Assembly: GCA_041546665.1 (NCBI GenBank)
Contig: JBFEVY010000001.1
Span: forward strand, 1 to 45,427
DNA from: Spongiibacteraceae bacterium
GTDB taxonomy: Bacteria > Pseudomonadota > Gammaproteobacteria > Pseudomonadales > Spongiibacteraceae
Direction: 5' to 3'
DNA length: 45,427 bases
The translations under genes were made by a program, and so were the position numbers. This document shows, piece after piece, positions 1 to 8,504 of this stretch; within the stretch, counting starts at the first letter, position 1; the number at the start of each line of letters is the position of its first letter. A model generated the notes under the pieces. It had not been told where the DNA came from and made no database searches. It worked only from the letters and a program-made list of their open reading frames with translations.

Positions 1-1160
1 AACTCCGGCGAGTCGTAGGGCAGGATCGTCGGCTCTGCGGGGTAGTCCAATTCCTCGCCCTCGGGCGGAATCACCAGCGACCAGATTTCAAAGAAACAGG
101 TTTCCGGCGTCAGTGGCCGAATCCGGTAGGAGGACATCGCGCCAAAGGTAGGCAGCAAAAAGAAATGCGGAAACATGAACTCCACCGCATGGAATTCCAC
201 TTCCTGAATAACTTTCAGCAAGTCAAAAATCGGCACACCGCGGCGTTTGGCGTCTTCAAAAATTGACGCATAGGCGGTGCCGTGAAACATCTGATAGGCC
301 AGATCCGGATCCTCAGGCACATCCATATTGCGCAGTTTTTCCAGTACTTCAACCTCGGTTTCATGCACCATTCCCGCCATGCCGGTATTGAGGCGGCGAT
401 AAAACTCCAGGGTTAATTCGACCACTTCCCGCGAATTCAGGTCGTCATTCACCGGCTTGCCATCCGGCCCCAGGCCGTAGGACTTATTGGCCTTGTAGAT
501 GGTCTCCATCAGCTGCGGGTGGGTTTGCATAACATGGTAGCCCTCCTGGAAGGCCTCCATCGCCAGCTTCCAGTTGGTGGGCAGCACTGTGCCGTACCAC
601 CACTCCATGCGCAGTTTGTCGGCGTGGCGGGCATCCATTCGCTCAGCGACCGGCCCCAGACACTCTCGGAGCGAGGGTGCATTGTCGTCAAAATTGATAA
701 AGGCGCAGCCCGCCCAGAATTCTACCCGCACCGGAGCGAGATCAATTTCAGATTTTTCCAGCAGCGCTTCAGAGAAAATATTGCGTCCGTAAACAAAGGT
801 ACAGTCGCCCTCGGCATTAAAGCGCCAACCGTGGAAAGGGCAGGCAAAACCCGCTTCCGACACGCAGCCCGGCCCGTGAACCAGTTTCACACCGCGGTGC
901 CGACAGGCATTGTGAAAGGCCTTTACGCCCTCTTTGCCGCGCACCAGAATCACCGACTTGTCGAGAATCTCGTAGACAACATAGTCGCCCTCCTCCGGAA
1001 TCTCCTCCAGTCGGCAGGCCATTTGCCAGACGTGGGGCCAGACCTTCTCGTTTTCCAGTTTGAAAAACGCCTCGTCATAATAGCGCTCGGTAGGAATCAA
1101 CTCCGGGTTAACAATCCGGTGGGACACGGCCTCCAGCTTGCTTTTGATATCTTCAGTCAT
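1..1160 (-). CDS. Rieske ring-hydroxylating oxygenase alpha subunit (3'-partial, runs off window start)
   Basis: Manual minus-strand translation from ATG at 1160 (GGGAG RBS upstream): MTEDIKSKLEAVSHRIVNPELIPTERYYD..., Rieske motif CRHRG...CPFHGW, mononuclear Fe motif NWKLAMEAFQEGYHVMQTHP, still in frame at base 1 (...CFFEIWSLVIPPEGEELDYPAEPTILPYDSPE). Confidence 0.93.
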   Translation of the reverse strand, partial: MTEDIKSKLEAVSHRIVNPELIPTERYYDEAFFKLENEKVWPHVWQMACRLEEIPEEGDYVVYEILDKSVILVRGKEGVKAFHNACRHRGVKLVHGPGCVSEAGFACPFHGWRFNAEGDCTFVYGRNIFSEALLEKSEIDLAPVRVEFWAGCAFINFDDNAPSLRECLGPVAERMDARHADKLRMEWWYGTVLPTNWKLAMEAFQEGYHVMQTHPQLMETIYKANKSYGLGPDGKPVNDDLNSREVVELTLEFYRRLNTGMAGMVHETEVEVLEKLRNMDVPEDPDLAYQMFHGTAYASIFEDAKRRGVPIFDLLKVIQEVEFHAVEFMFPHFFLLPTFGAMSSYRIRPLTPETCFFEIWSLVIPPEGEELDYPAEPTILPYDSPE

Positions 1161-1252
1161 ACCTCAATACTCCCAATTATTATTGTCCCTGCCAGAGCAC
1201 GGCTGTGGCTAATCCAAGGGCACCTCCACGACATCAGAGCCACCCAAATAAT

Positions 1253-1271
1253 TACTGACATGACATCAGTT
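1253..1271. promoter_or_regulatory. island-wide 19-bp palindromic operator, copy 1
   Basis: TACTGAC-ATGAC-ATCAGTT in the divergent Rieske/amidohydrolase intergenic region. Confidence 0.6.
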
Positions 1272-1291
1272 TTTGGCAACAACTTTATCAC

Positions 1292-1308
1292 CACTTTGCA
1301 TCAAAGTG
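1292..1308. promoter_or_regulatory. perfect inverted repeat, candidate regulator site
   Basis: CACTTTG-CAT-CAAAGTG. Confidence 0.4.
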
Positions 1309-1334
1309 TAAGCATTGGCCGCGCGCAATTTTAA

Positions 1335-1353
1335 AATTAACCACCCATTAGTT
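1335..1353. promoter_or_regulatory. island-wide operator, copy 2
   Basis: AATTAAC-CACCC-ATTAGTT, directly upstream of the putative -35. Confidence 0.55.
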
Positions 1354-1354
1354 C

Positions 1355-1393
1355 TTGATCGACCCGAAAACACGATGTTACAGTGTGTAACAT
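1355..1393 (+). promoter_or_regulatory. putative sigma70 promoter overlapped by a perfect TetR-like operator
   Basis: -35 TTGATC (1355-1360), extended -10 TGtTACAGT (1376-1384), palindrome ATGTTACA-GTG-TGTAACAT (1375-1393). Confidence 0.6.
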
Positions 1394-1448
1394 TAAGATT
1401 GAAGACACTCCGTTTTCAAGCCTCAAAATAACAATGGGAGAGCAGCAG

Positions 1449-3167
1449 ATGGAATTCCGTATCCTGATCAAAGGCGGCATGGTGGTAGACGGTTCCGGCG
1501 CCCCGGCCTATCAAAGTGATGTGCGAGTCAGCAAGGGTCGTATTCAGGAAATCGCCCCCAACCTTGAGGCAGAGCCCGGCGAGCGCAGCGTCGACGCCAG
1601 CGGCTGTTACGTCACCCCGGGGTTTATCGAAACCCACAATCACTGGGACGGCGGTATCTGGTGGTCTCCCATGATGGAGCCCGCTGCAGCCTACGGCATT
1701 ACCACCTCGATCAACGGCAACTGCGGTTTTTCCATGGCTCCGGCCAAGCCCGCAATCCAGAACGATGTCATCGACATCTTTAATTTCTTTGAGGACATTC
1801 CCGAAGCGCCGATGAAAAAACTCGTTCCCTGGGACTGGGAAAAATGGAGCGAATATCAAGCCTCCATGAAGCGCAATGTCAAAGTGCCGGTCAACTACGC
1901 CTCCTTCTGCGGCCACATTCCCATCCGCCTGTATGTGATGGGCGAAGCGGCCTGGGAGCGCGCGGCTACCCCGGAGGAAATCGCCGAAATGTGCGCCTTG
2001 CTGGACGACGCCATGCAAGCCGGTGCAATGGGTTTGTCGAGCAACCAGCTCGACTACGACAAGCACGACCGCCCGCTGCCCTCACAGCAGGCTGACGATG
2101 CCGAATACCTGGCGCTGATGAAGGTGGTTGCCAACTACCCCGGTGCCACGGTACAGGTCATTGTCGATCACTTTATGCGCATGACTGGCCCCGCGCAGAC
2201 CGCGCGCCTCGGCCAACTCGCCAAACAAGCGGGTGTGCGCATGCAGTGGGCCGGCGTACCCACACTGCAGTTCCAGGCCGAAATCGGCGAACAATCCCTG
2301 GCCATCCACGAGGGCTTCAAGGCAGAAGACAGCGATATCTGGACCGGCTACCACCACGAATCCCCCACTTCGGTCATCAACTTTGCGCGCTCCCTGGTGT
2401 TTGCCCAAAACGGCAACCAGGTCTGGCAGGAGGTTGTCGACACCGAGGGCTACGACGCTAAAAATGCCCTGCTCACCGACCCCGCCTGGCTGGCCCGGGC
2501 ACGGGAGTCCTGGAACAAGCAATACGCCCACTCCTACCTGCACGACCCCAGCGCCCTGACCTTTAAAGAGAGTGAATCAGGCGCGGGCCCGATAGGCTGT
2601 ACCCTGGCGGACTATATGCAACAAACCGGCATCGCCCACGCCTCCGACGCCCTCGCCAAGTGGGTTTACGACAACGGGCCGGAATCGGTGGTACACAAGC
2701 GCAGCTGGGAGAGAAACATGCCCATGCTGCTGAAAATGCTGCGCGACCCGCGCTCCGTCGGCAACATCTCCGACGGCGGCGCCCACGGTAAAATGTTCTG
2801 CGGATACGGCGACAATATCGCGCTACTAACGGAATTTGTCAGAGACAATAAACAACTGAGCATTGAAGAAGGCGTGCACGTCATGACCGGAAAACTGGCG
2901 GACTTCTTCGGTCTTACGCAGCGAGGCTTTCTGCGGCCAGGCATGATCGCCGACATCACCGTGTTCAATCTCGATGAAGTCGAGCGCCGCCCCGAGGAAA
3001 AAATCTGGGACGTCTGGGACGGCGAAGGCGGTCGTACCTACCGCTACACCCGCGCCGCCGCCCCCATGCGCATTACCCTGGTCAACGGCGTACCAACCTT
3101 TGATAATGGTGCCGTAACCGGCCGCTTTCCCGGCGAGTTTGTCGCGCCCGGCAGCGCAAGCCAATAG
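1449..3167 (+). CDS. N-acyl-D-amino-acid deacylase family amidohydrolase
   Basis: ILIKGGMVVDGSG N-terminus, PGFIETHNHWD metal motif, GNCG, SDGGAH, G-LRPGMIADITVF; start moved to ATG 1449 behind GGGAG RBS. Confidence 0.88.
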   Translation: MEFRILIKGGMVVDGSGAPAYQSDVRVSKGRIQEIAPNLEAEPGERSVDASGCYVTPGFIETHNHWDGGIWWSPMMEPAAAYGITTSINGNCGFSMAPAKPAIQNDVIDIFNFFEDIPEAPMKKLVPWDWEKWSEYQASMKRNVKVPVNYASFCGHIPIRLYVMGEAAWERAATPEEIAEMCALLDDAMQAGAMGLSSNQLDYDKHDRPLPSQQADDAEYLALMKVVANYPGATVQVIVDHFMRMTGPAQTARLGQLAKQAGVRMQWAGVPTLQFQAEIGEQSLAIHEGFKAEDSDIWTGYHHESPTSVINFARSLVFAQNGNQVWQEVVDTEGYDAKNALLTDPAWLARARESWNKQYAHSYLHDPSALTFKESESGAGPIGCTLADYMQQTGIAHASDALAKWVYDNGPESVVHKRSWERNMPMLLKMLRDPRSVGNISDGGAHGKMFCGYGDNIALLTEFVRDNKQLSIEEGVHVMTGKLADFFGLTQRGFLRPGMIADITVFNLDEVERRPEEKIWDVWDGEGGRTYRYTRAAAPMRITLVNGVPTFDNGAVTGRFPGEFVAPGSASQ

Positions 3168-3192
3168 CAATACCACAACAGGAACCGCGTTA

Positions 3193-3831
3193 ATGACCCA
3201 ACACTCCGCCAAGGCCGACGCGCCACCCAGCGGCGGCGCCACGCGCAAACGCGACAGCCGCCAACGTATGCTGGCGGCCGCTGCGGCGGAATTTCTACAA
3301 CGGGGCTATATGGCGGTTTCGGTAGAGGATATTGCCAAGCGCGCCGGCGTCAGCCGAATGACCCTGTACCGTCACTTCAGCGGCAAAACGGCGCTGGCCA
3401 TCGACCTGTTCCGCCAGGAAGTCAGCAAATCCAAACCCCGCTGCCTGCAAATCTGCAGCGAAGACTTCCGCGACCGGCAGCGGGTTAAAGCCTGGCTGGA
3501 ACAACTCTTCGAGGCGGATAAAGAAAACCGCGGCCTGCTGCGGGTGTTTAGCCAGATTACTGCAGAAGACGAAAGCTTTACCCAAAATGCCCAACTGCTT
3601 ATTGCCGAGATGATCACCGATCTCGGCGAGGCCATTCCCGCCTTTCAGGTCACGCCGGACAATCCCAAACAGCGACGGCGCTGGCTGGAAGCCTGGTTGC
3701 TAATCTATGAAATTCTCGACCAGAGTAACCACGCCGCTCTGAACTCCGGCATCGCCGGCGACCCCATAGTAATCGACATTCTCACCGACCGCTTTCTCGC
3801 CTTTGTACTCGCCGGCGACAAGGCGAAATAA
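3193..3831 (+). CDS. TetR/AcrR family transcriptional regulator
   Basis: HTH AAAAEFLQRGYMAVSVEDIAKRAGVSRMTLYRHF; ATG 3193 after AGGAA. Confidence 0.92.
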   Translation: MTQHSAKADAPPSGGATRKRDSRQRMLAAAAAEFLQRGYMAVSVEDIAKRAGVSRMTLYRHFSGKTALAIDLFRQEVSKSKPRCLQICSEDFRDRQRVKAWLEQLFEADKENRGLLRVFSQITAEDESFTQNAQLLIAEMITDLGEAIPAFQVTPDNPKQRRRWLEAWLLIYEILDQSNHAALNSGIAGDPIVIDILTDRFLAFVLAGDKAK

Positions 3832-3967
3832 CTTTTCCTTACCGCGTTTACACCGCCCCTGCCTGAGTCGGGGTCAACCCTATGGATGACGCCAAGCCCT
3901 GGCATTGCATGTCAGGATACGCCCCGAACATGATTCGCCGGCACACGTCACCACTAGGGAAGCCCAA

Positions 3968-4732
3968 ATGCAACACATCGACCTTTCCGGAAAAGTCATC
4001 ATCATAACCGGCGGCAGCCGCGGCCTGGGCAAGGCCATGTCGCTGGGGCTCGCCGCACGCGGCGCCCGGGTGGTGGTCGCCAGCCGCAAACTGGAAAATT
4101 GCGAAGCCGTGTGCGAGTCCATCCGCGCGACCGGTGGCGACGCCACCGCCATCGCCGTACACACCGGTAATATCGACGACCTCGACCGCCTGACCAGCCA
4201 GACACTGGAAAAATACGGCCGGGTCGATGCCCTGATCAACAACGCCGCCATCAACCCCGCGGTGGGCAGTCTGTCAGACCTCTCCCCTGATCTGTTTCAA
4301 AAGATGTTCGACGTTGATTTAAAAGGCCCCTGGTACCTCGCGTCTCGCCTGGCGCCGGAAATGAAAAAAGCCGGCGGTGGCCGCATTATCAATCTGATAT
4401 CGGTGTCGGCACTCAAACCGCCTGCCTACCAGGGCTTTTACGCCGCCTTAAAGGCCGGCCTCAACGCCCTGACCAAAGTGATGGCAGCGGAGTGGGCCGC
4501 AGACAATATTCAGGTGAATTCCCTGGCCCTGGGCAGCTACCACTCCGACCTGTTCGACAACAGCGCAGCGGCCATCCCCGGCTTTGAAGAAGGAGCAAAA
4601 GCGGCCTGCCTGATGCAGCGCATTGCCGAAACCGAAGAGGTACTGGGGCCGATTCTCTATCTGTTAAGTGATATGTCCAGCTATACCACTGGCTCAACCC
4701 TGTTGGCCGATGGCGGCTATTGTGTGCTGTAA
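3968..4732 (+). CDS. SDR family oxidoreductase
   Basis: TGGSRGLG, NNAA, catalytic YAALK; ATG 3968. Confidence 0.92.
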   Translation: MQHIDLSGKVIIITGGSRGLGKAMSLGLAARGARVVVASRKLENCEAVCESIRATGGDATAIAVHTGNIDDLDRLTSQTLEKYGRVDALINNAAINPAVGSLSDLSPDLFQKMFDVDLKGPWYLASRLAPEMKKAGGGRIINLISVSALKPPAYQGFYAALKAGLNALTKVMAAEWAADNIQVNSLALGSYHSDLFDNSAAAIPGFEEGAKAACLMQRIAETEEVLGPILYLLSDMSSYTTGSTLLADGGYCVL

Positions 4733-4741
4733 GGAGTGCCC

Positions 4742-5557
4742 ATGAATACGCTAAAACTGGAATACCCCACGCCCCAAATCGCAGTGATTCGCCTAAACCG
4801 CCCGGACAGTCGCAATGCGCTGAGCTGGGAACTGGTCACCGAGTTTCATACCGCGTTGGACCAATTAGACGCCAATCACCAGTGTCGCGTTGTCATCCTT
4901 ACCGGTGAGGGCAAATCCTTTTGCGCCGGCCTCGACCTGCTGGACCAGGCCAACCCTGACTCCCTGAACAAAGCTCTCGGCGACTTGGGCAACGGCCCCC
5001 GCGCGGGTATGAAAGCCCAGGAACTGATCTCCGGCCTGATCTCCAAAATGCGCAAAATCCAGCAGCCGATAATCGCCGCCATCAACGGCCATGCCTTTGG
5101 CGGCGGTCTCGCACTCGCGCTAGGCTGTGACCTGCGCATCGCTGCGGACAACGCAGTGTTTTCAACCCAGTTTATTCGGCTGGGCGTATCCGGCTGCGAT
5201 ATCGGTGTCAGCTATACCCTGCCCCACCTGATCGGTGCCGCGCGAGCCCACGATATGATGATAACCTCGCGAAAAGTCGACGCCGCACTGGCGGAAAATT
5301 GGGGCCTGGTTACCCGTGTGTGCCCCTTGGAAGACCTGCAAGCCGAAGCCCTGTCCCTGGCTGAATCCATGTGCGACTTCAGCCCCTACGGACTCATCTC
5401 GACCAAGCAGGCCATGTGGGCGAACCTCGATGCCGCCAATCTGGAATCCGCAATACAGCTTGAAAACCGCAACCAAATCCTCAACGGCCTGTCCGGCGAT
5501 GTCGCAGAAGCCGCCGCCGCATTTTTCGAAAACCGAAAACCCGATTTCTCAAAATAA
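4742..5557 (+). CDS. enoyl-CoA hydratase/isomerase (crotonase) family protein
   Basis: LNRPDSRNAL, FCAGLDL, PIIAAINGHAFGGG, C-terminal AFFENRKPDF; AAGGAG RBS. Confidence 0.9.
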   Translation: MNTLKLEYPTPQIAVIRLNRPDSRNALSWELVTEFHTALDQLDANHQCRVVILTGEGKSFCAGLDLLDQANPDSLNKALGDLGNGPRAGMKAQELISGLISKMRKIQQPIIAAINGHAFGGGLALALGCDLRIAADNAVFSTQFIRLGVSGCDIGVSYTLPHLIGAARAHDMMITSRKVDAALAENWGLVTRVCPLEDLQAEALSLAESMCDFSPYGLISTKQAMWANLDAANLESAIQLENRNQILNGLSGDVAEAAAAFFENRKPDFSK

Positions 5558-5620
5558 AGCGCGTAAGCCCTGAGGCCATACCGACTAGCAATAGCTCAGT
5601 AAAAAAAGCCCCCACTGGAA

Positions 5621-6070
5621 TCAGGGAAGGTGAAACTGGTTTAAACCGCGCCGATAAGGTGCCGCCCCATACAGGCCCGAACGATTTCCCAGACTATCCA
5701 TTTCAGCCACCCAGGTATGCAACAAGGCAGAACCCGCCCCGGTGTGCATCCACAGCAGTGCCGAGACGTTGGCTAACACTGTAAGCCAGAAGACAAGGCG
5801 AAAAGAACGCTTCTGGGTTTTATGCCGCAACAACTGCTGCCCCAGAATCGCCCCAGGCCAACCACCGAGCAAGGCGACCAGATGCAGCGTCTTTTCCGGC
5901 GTTCGCCAGCCGCCGCGACTCGCGGCGCGTTTATCCCGGTAGTACAGTGCAAAACAAAGCAGACTGAGCGCTGCTAACACCAGAGAGACAAGCGCCGGCG
6001 TATAGCCAAAATAATACGAGCCACCCAGAAAGGGCAGCAAGAGCACAAGGGGTAAATAGTGATAATTCAT
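5621..6070 (-). CDS. DUF1294 domain membrane protein
   Basis: Signature DKRAA-GWRTPEKTLHLVALLGGWPGAILGQQLLRHKTQK. Confidence 0.82.
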   Translation of the reverse strand: MNYHYLPLVLLLPFLGGSYYFGYTPALVSLVLAALSLLCFALYYRDKRAASRGGWRTPEKTLHLVALLGGWPGAILGQQLLRHKTQKRSFRLVFWLTVLANVSALLWMHTGAGSALLHTWVAEMDSLGNRSGLYGAAPYRRGLNQFHLP

Positions 6071-6131
6071 AGCGCCTGATTCGTCCAGCGGGACTGCCGC
6101 CGAAGCGGCGAGTCATTAAAGGCCGAACAGT

Positions 6132-6827
6132 TTAGACCTTTTTAAAGCGTGGGTAACTGAACGCCATGGCAATAATAATCACCGCCGCGAATACCATCAT
6201 CCCTTCCGGCATCAGCAACTGCATCATTTCCACCTCGCCGTCACGCACCGGCACGCCTTGAAACTCCCGGCGCCGTATCACCATCTCCTCAATCACCGGA
6301 TCCCACAACGTCCAGCTCAAAACATCAGAAAGAATATTGAGCAACATCACCCCGGCCCCAAGGACCAAGCCGCGAATATCCAACTTTAGAATCCAATACC
6401 CGGCCAGGATTAATAAGCCGCCAGTCACAACATGAATCACAATCTGCATAGTTTCATCGGGGAAAAAGCCAAATGCTGGTTGCGATACAAACAGCTGCGT
6501 CCATCTCACCAGTTGCTTTGTGCCCTCAAGTATCAGCAGTACACCAAGCAATATCGACAGCCAGCTTTCCCGGCTAAGAATGATTTCGTTAACCTGCATG
6601 TTATGCCTATCAATACTGAGACAGACATAACCTACGGAGCCGGTAAAACGTGACAACACTGCCCGGGTTACCACAAACACCGCATAGGGCAGCCAGAATG
6701 GCAGGCCCGCCGCAGGCGAGAGAAAATAGGCCAACAGGCTCCACAGCGACATAAAGAACAGAAAATCGATATACCACGACAACGCCAGCCGCTTTCTTGA
6801 TGCCTGATAATTTTGAATCCCTTCCAT
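6132..6827 (-). CDS. hypothetical polytopic membrane protein
   Basis: 231-aa ORF with about 6 hydrophobic segments and an AAGGAAG RBS; no family recognised. Confidence 0.7.
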   Translation of the reverse strand: MEGIQNYQASRKRLALSWYIDFLFFMSLWSLLAYFLSPAAGLPFWLPYAVFVVTRAVLSRFTGSVGYVCLSIDRHNMQVNEIILSRESWLSILLGVLLILEGTKQLVRWTQLFVSQPAFGFFPDETMQIVIHVVTGGLLILAGYWILKLDIRGLVLGAGVMLLNILSDVLSWTLWDPVIEEMVIRRREFQGVPVRDGEVEMMQLLMPEGMMVFAAVIIIAMAFSYPRFKKV

Positions 6828-7110
6828 TATTGCTTCCTTTGCTTGTTTAAGTACTACCTCAACGGGATATTAACGTCGATTCCTGTGACGCTAACTTTAC
6901 AATCATTATAAACGGTTACATGGATTTTCTTTATCGACTTAAACCTTAGCCCAAAATATATCTTTACCAGCGCGCCCCAGGGTCATTTTAAATATAATGT
7001 TCTTTGGGATAAGATCTTCTCTCGTAACAACAGGACAAGCACAATCAAACCACCGCTTCACTCTGGTTCTTCACGCTCTATAAAGGGCATTACCAAAACG
7101 GGGTTGCAAA

Positions 7111-7893
7111 ATGGACTTTTCTCCGATCATAAACCAAATAGCCGGTACGCTTTGGTATCTATTACCAATTGCAATACTTGCTGGAGTTCTTAATTCCGCT
7201 CGATTTAAAGGAGCGTTCGGTGAGTTTCTAGTTAACTTTTCAGCAACATTTCTACTGGACAAGGAAACGTATCACCTAATCAAGAATGTAACCCTAGCAA
7301 CAGATGACGGAACCACACAGATTGATCACATCATAGTCTCTGAAACAGGTGTATTCGTTGTTGAAACAAAAAACATGAGGGGTTGGATATTCGGCAATCC
7401 CAATCAAAAAATGTGGACTCAGAAAATCTATAAGCATTCAAATAAATTTCAAAACCCATTACATCAAAACTATAAACACGTAAAAACACTTGAATCTCTT
7501 CTGGGCTTGAACGAGCAACAGATCCATTCAGTGGTCGTTTTCGTCGGCGACAGCACATTTAAAACCGATATGCCTGAAAACGTGACCTACGGCGGAGGCT
7601 ATGCCAAATATATAAAGTCGAAGAAAACTCCAGTTATCGATGGATCTCAAGTTCTGGAAATCGTAGGAAAAATTAAGAAAGGACGGCTTACACCATCGTT
7701 TAAGACAAACCGCGATCATGTTCAGCATGTAAAAAATATCATTACCGAAAAGGAAAGTAGCGGAATCCCAAGTTGCCCAAAATGCGGCAGCTCAATGGTG
7801 TTACGTGAAACCAAGAAAGGTCAGAATATCGGCAAAAAATTTTGGGGTTGCGCAAAATTTCCGCAATGCAGAGGACTCATGAATATCACATAG
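7111..7893 (+). CDS. NERD domain protein with C-terminal topoisomerase-type C4 zinc finger
   Basis: N-terminal TM helix, KGAFGE, TTQIDHIIVSETGVFVVETKNMRG, FQNPLHQN (NERD); CPKCGSSMVLR...FWGCAKFPQCR zinc finger; AT-rich. Confidence 0.88.
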   Translation: MDFSPIINQIAGTLWYLLPIAILAGVLNSARFKGAFGEFLVNFSATFLLDKETYHLIKNVTLATDDGTTQIDHIIVSETGVFVVETKNMRGWIFGNPNQKMWTQKIYKHSNKFQNPLHQNYKHVKTLESLLGLNEQQIHSVVVFVGDSTFKTDMPENVTYGGGYAKYIKSKKTPVIDGSQVLEIVGKIKKGRLTPSFKTNRDHVQHVKNIITEKESSGIPSCPKCGSSMVLRETKKGQNIGKKFWGCAKFPQCRGLMNIT

Positions 7894-7910
7894 CATTCAC
7901 CTCAAACATT

Positions 7911-8345
7911 TCAAATCAACCCCCGAGCAGCCTCCAACCCCAGTGTAGTGGGATTCTCCCCCTCTACAGGCAAAAACGCAGAAGGCGAAATATACTCATC
8001 CACGCGACTAATCAGACCGTCATTTACACTGACGAATATCGTAGCGGCCATGCCCTTTTTATTGCCCTGGCTGTCGATCAGTATCATCAGATGACGGCGG
8101 ATCACACCGCCGGGTACTTCCTCCTGCCGGATATCGGCAACCGCCATACCGGGCACAGCGGCAAAGATGTTTTGCCAGCTTTTCAGGGCCTGTTCCCGGC
8201 GGGCGCAGATGCCGTCAAAGCTGTGCCAAATTACCGCATCCGGGGTGAGACAGGCACTTAAGGTATCGAGGTCTTTGGTGGCAAAGGCGTTAAAGAAGCG
8301 GTCGACCAGTGCGCAGGCCGACTCGGTGTTTTGGCTGGTGGACAT
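7911..8345 (-). CDS. SnoaL-like / NTF2 fold protein
   Basis: RFFNAFATKDLDTLSACLTPDAVIWH...DGLISRVDEY; GGAG RBS. Confidence 0.8.
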   Translation of the reverse strand: MSTSQNTESACALVDRFFNAFATKDLDTLSACLTPDAVIWHSFDGICARREQALKSWQNIFAAVPGMAVADIRQEEVPGGVIRRHLMILIDSQGNKKGMAATIFVSVNDGLISRVDEYISPSAFLPVEGENPTTLGLEAARGLI

Positions 8346-8504
8346 TATTATTTTTCGCTCCGCTCATTGTATTCACTGACAAAGGTGAAGACCAAACCAA
8401 GCGCCTGATCTCACCTCCTTGCAGACTGTTCAGCATCATACCAGCCGCCGCGTTTCAGCGGGGCGGTATGACGACTAAGGAGCGAAGCTAAAGTCAGAGG
8501 TGAA

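Noticed and set aside
519-1334. 271-aa plus-strand ORF
   Set aside because: Antisense shadow of the Rieske gene; no motifs, and it runs through the promoter region.
5558-7910. IS or transposon explanation for the islet
   Set aside because: No transposase, terminal inverted repeats or target-site duplication seen.
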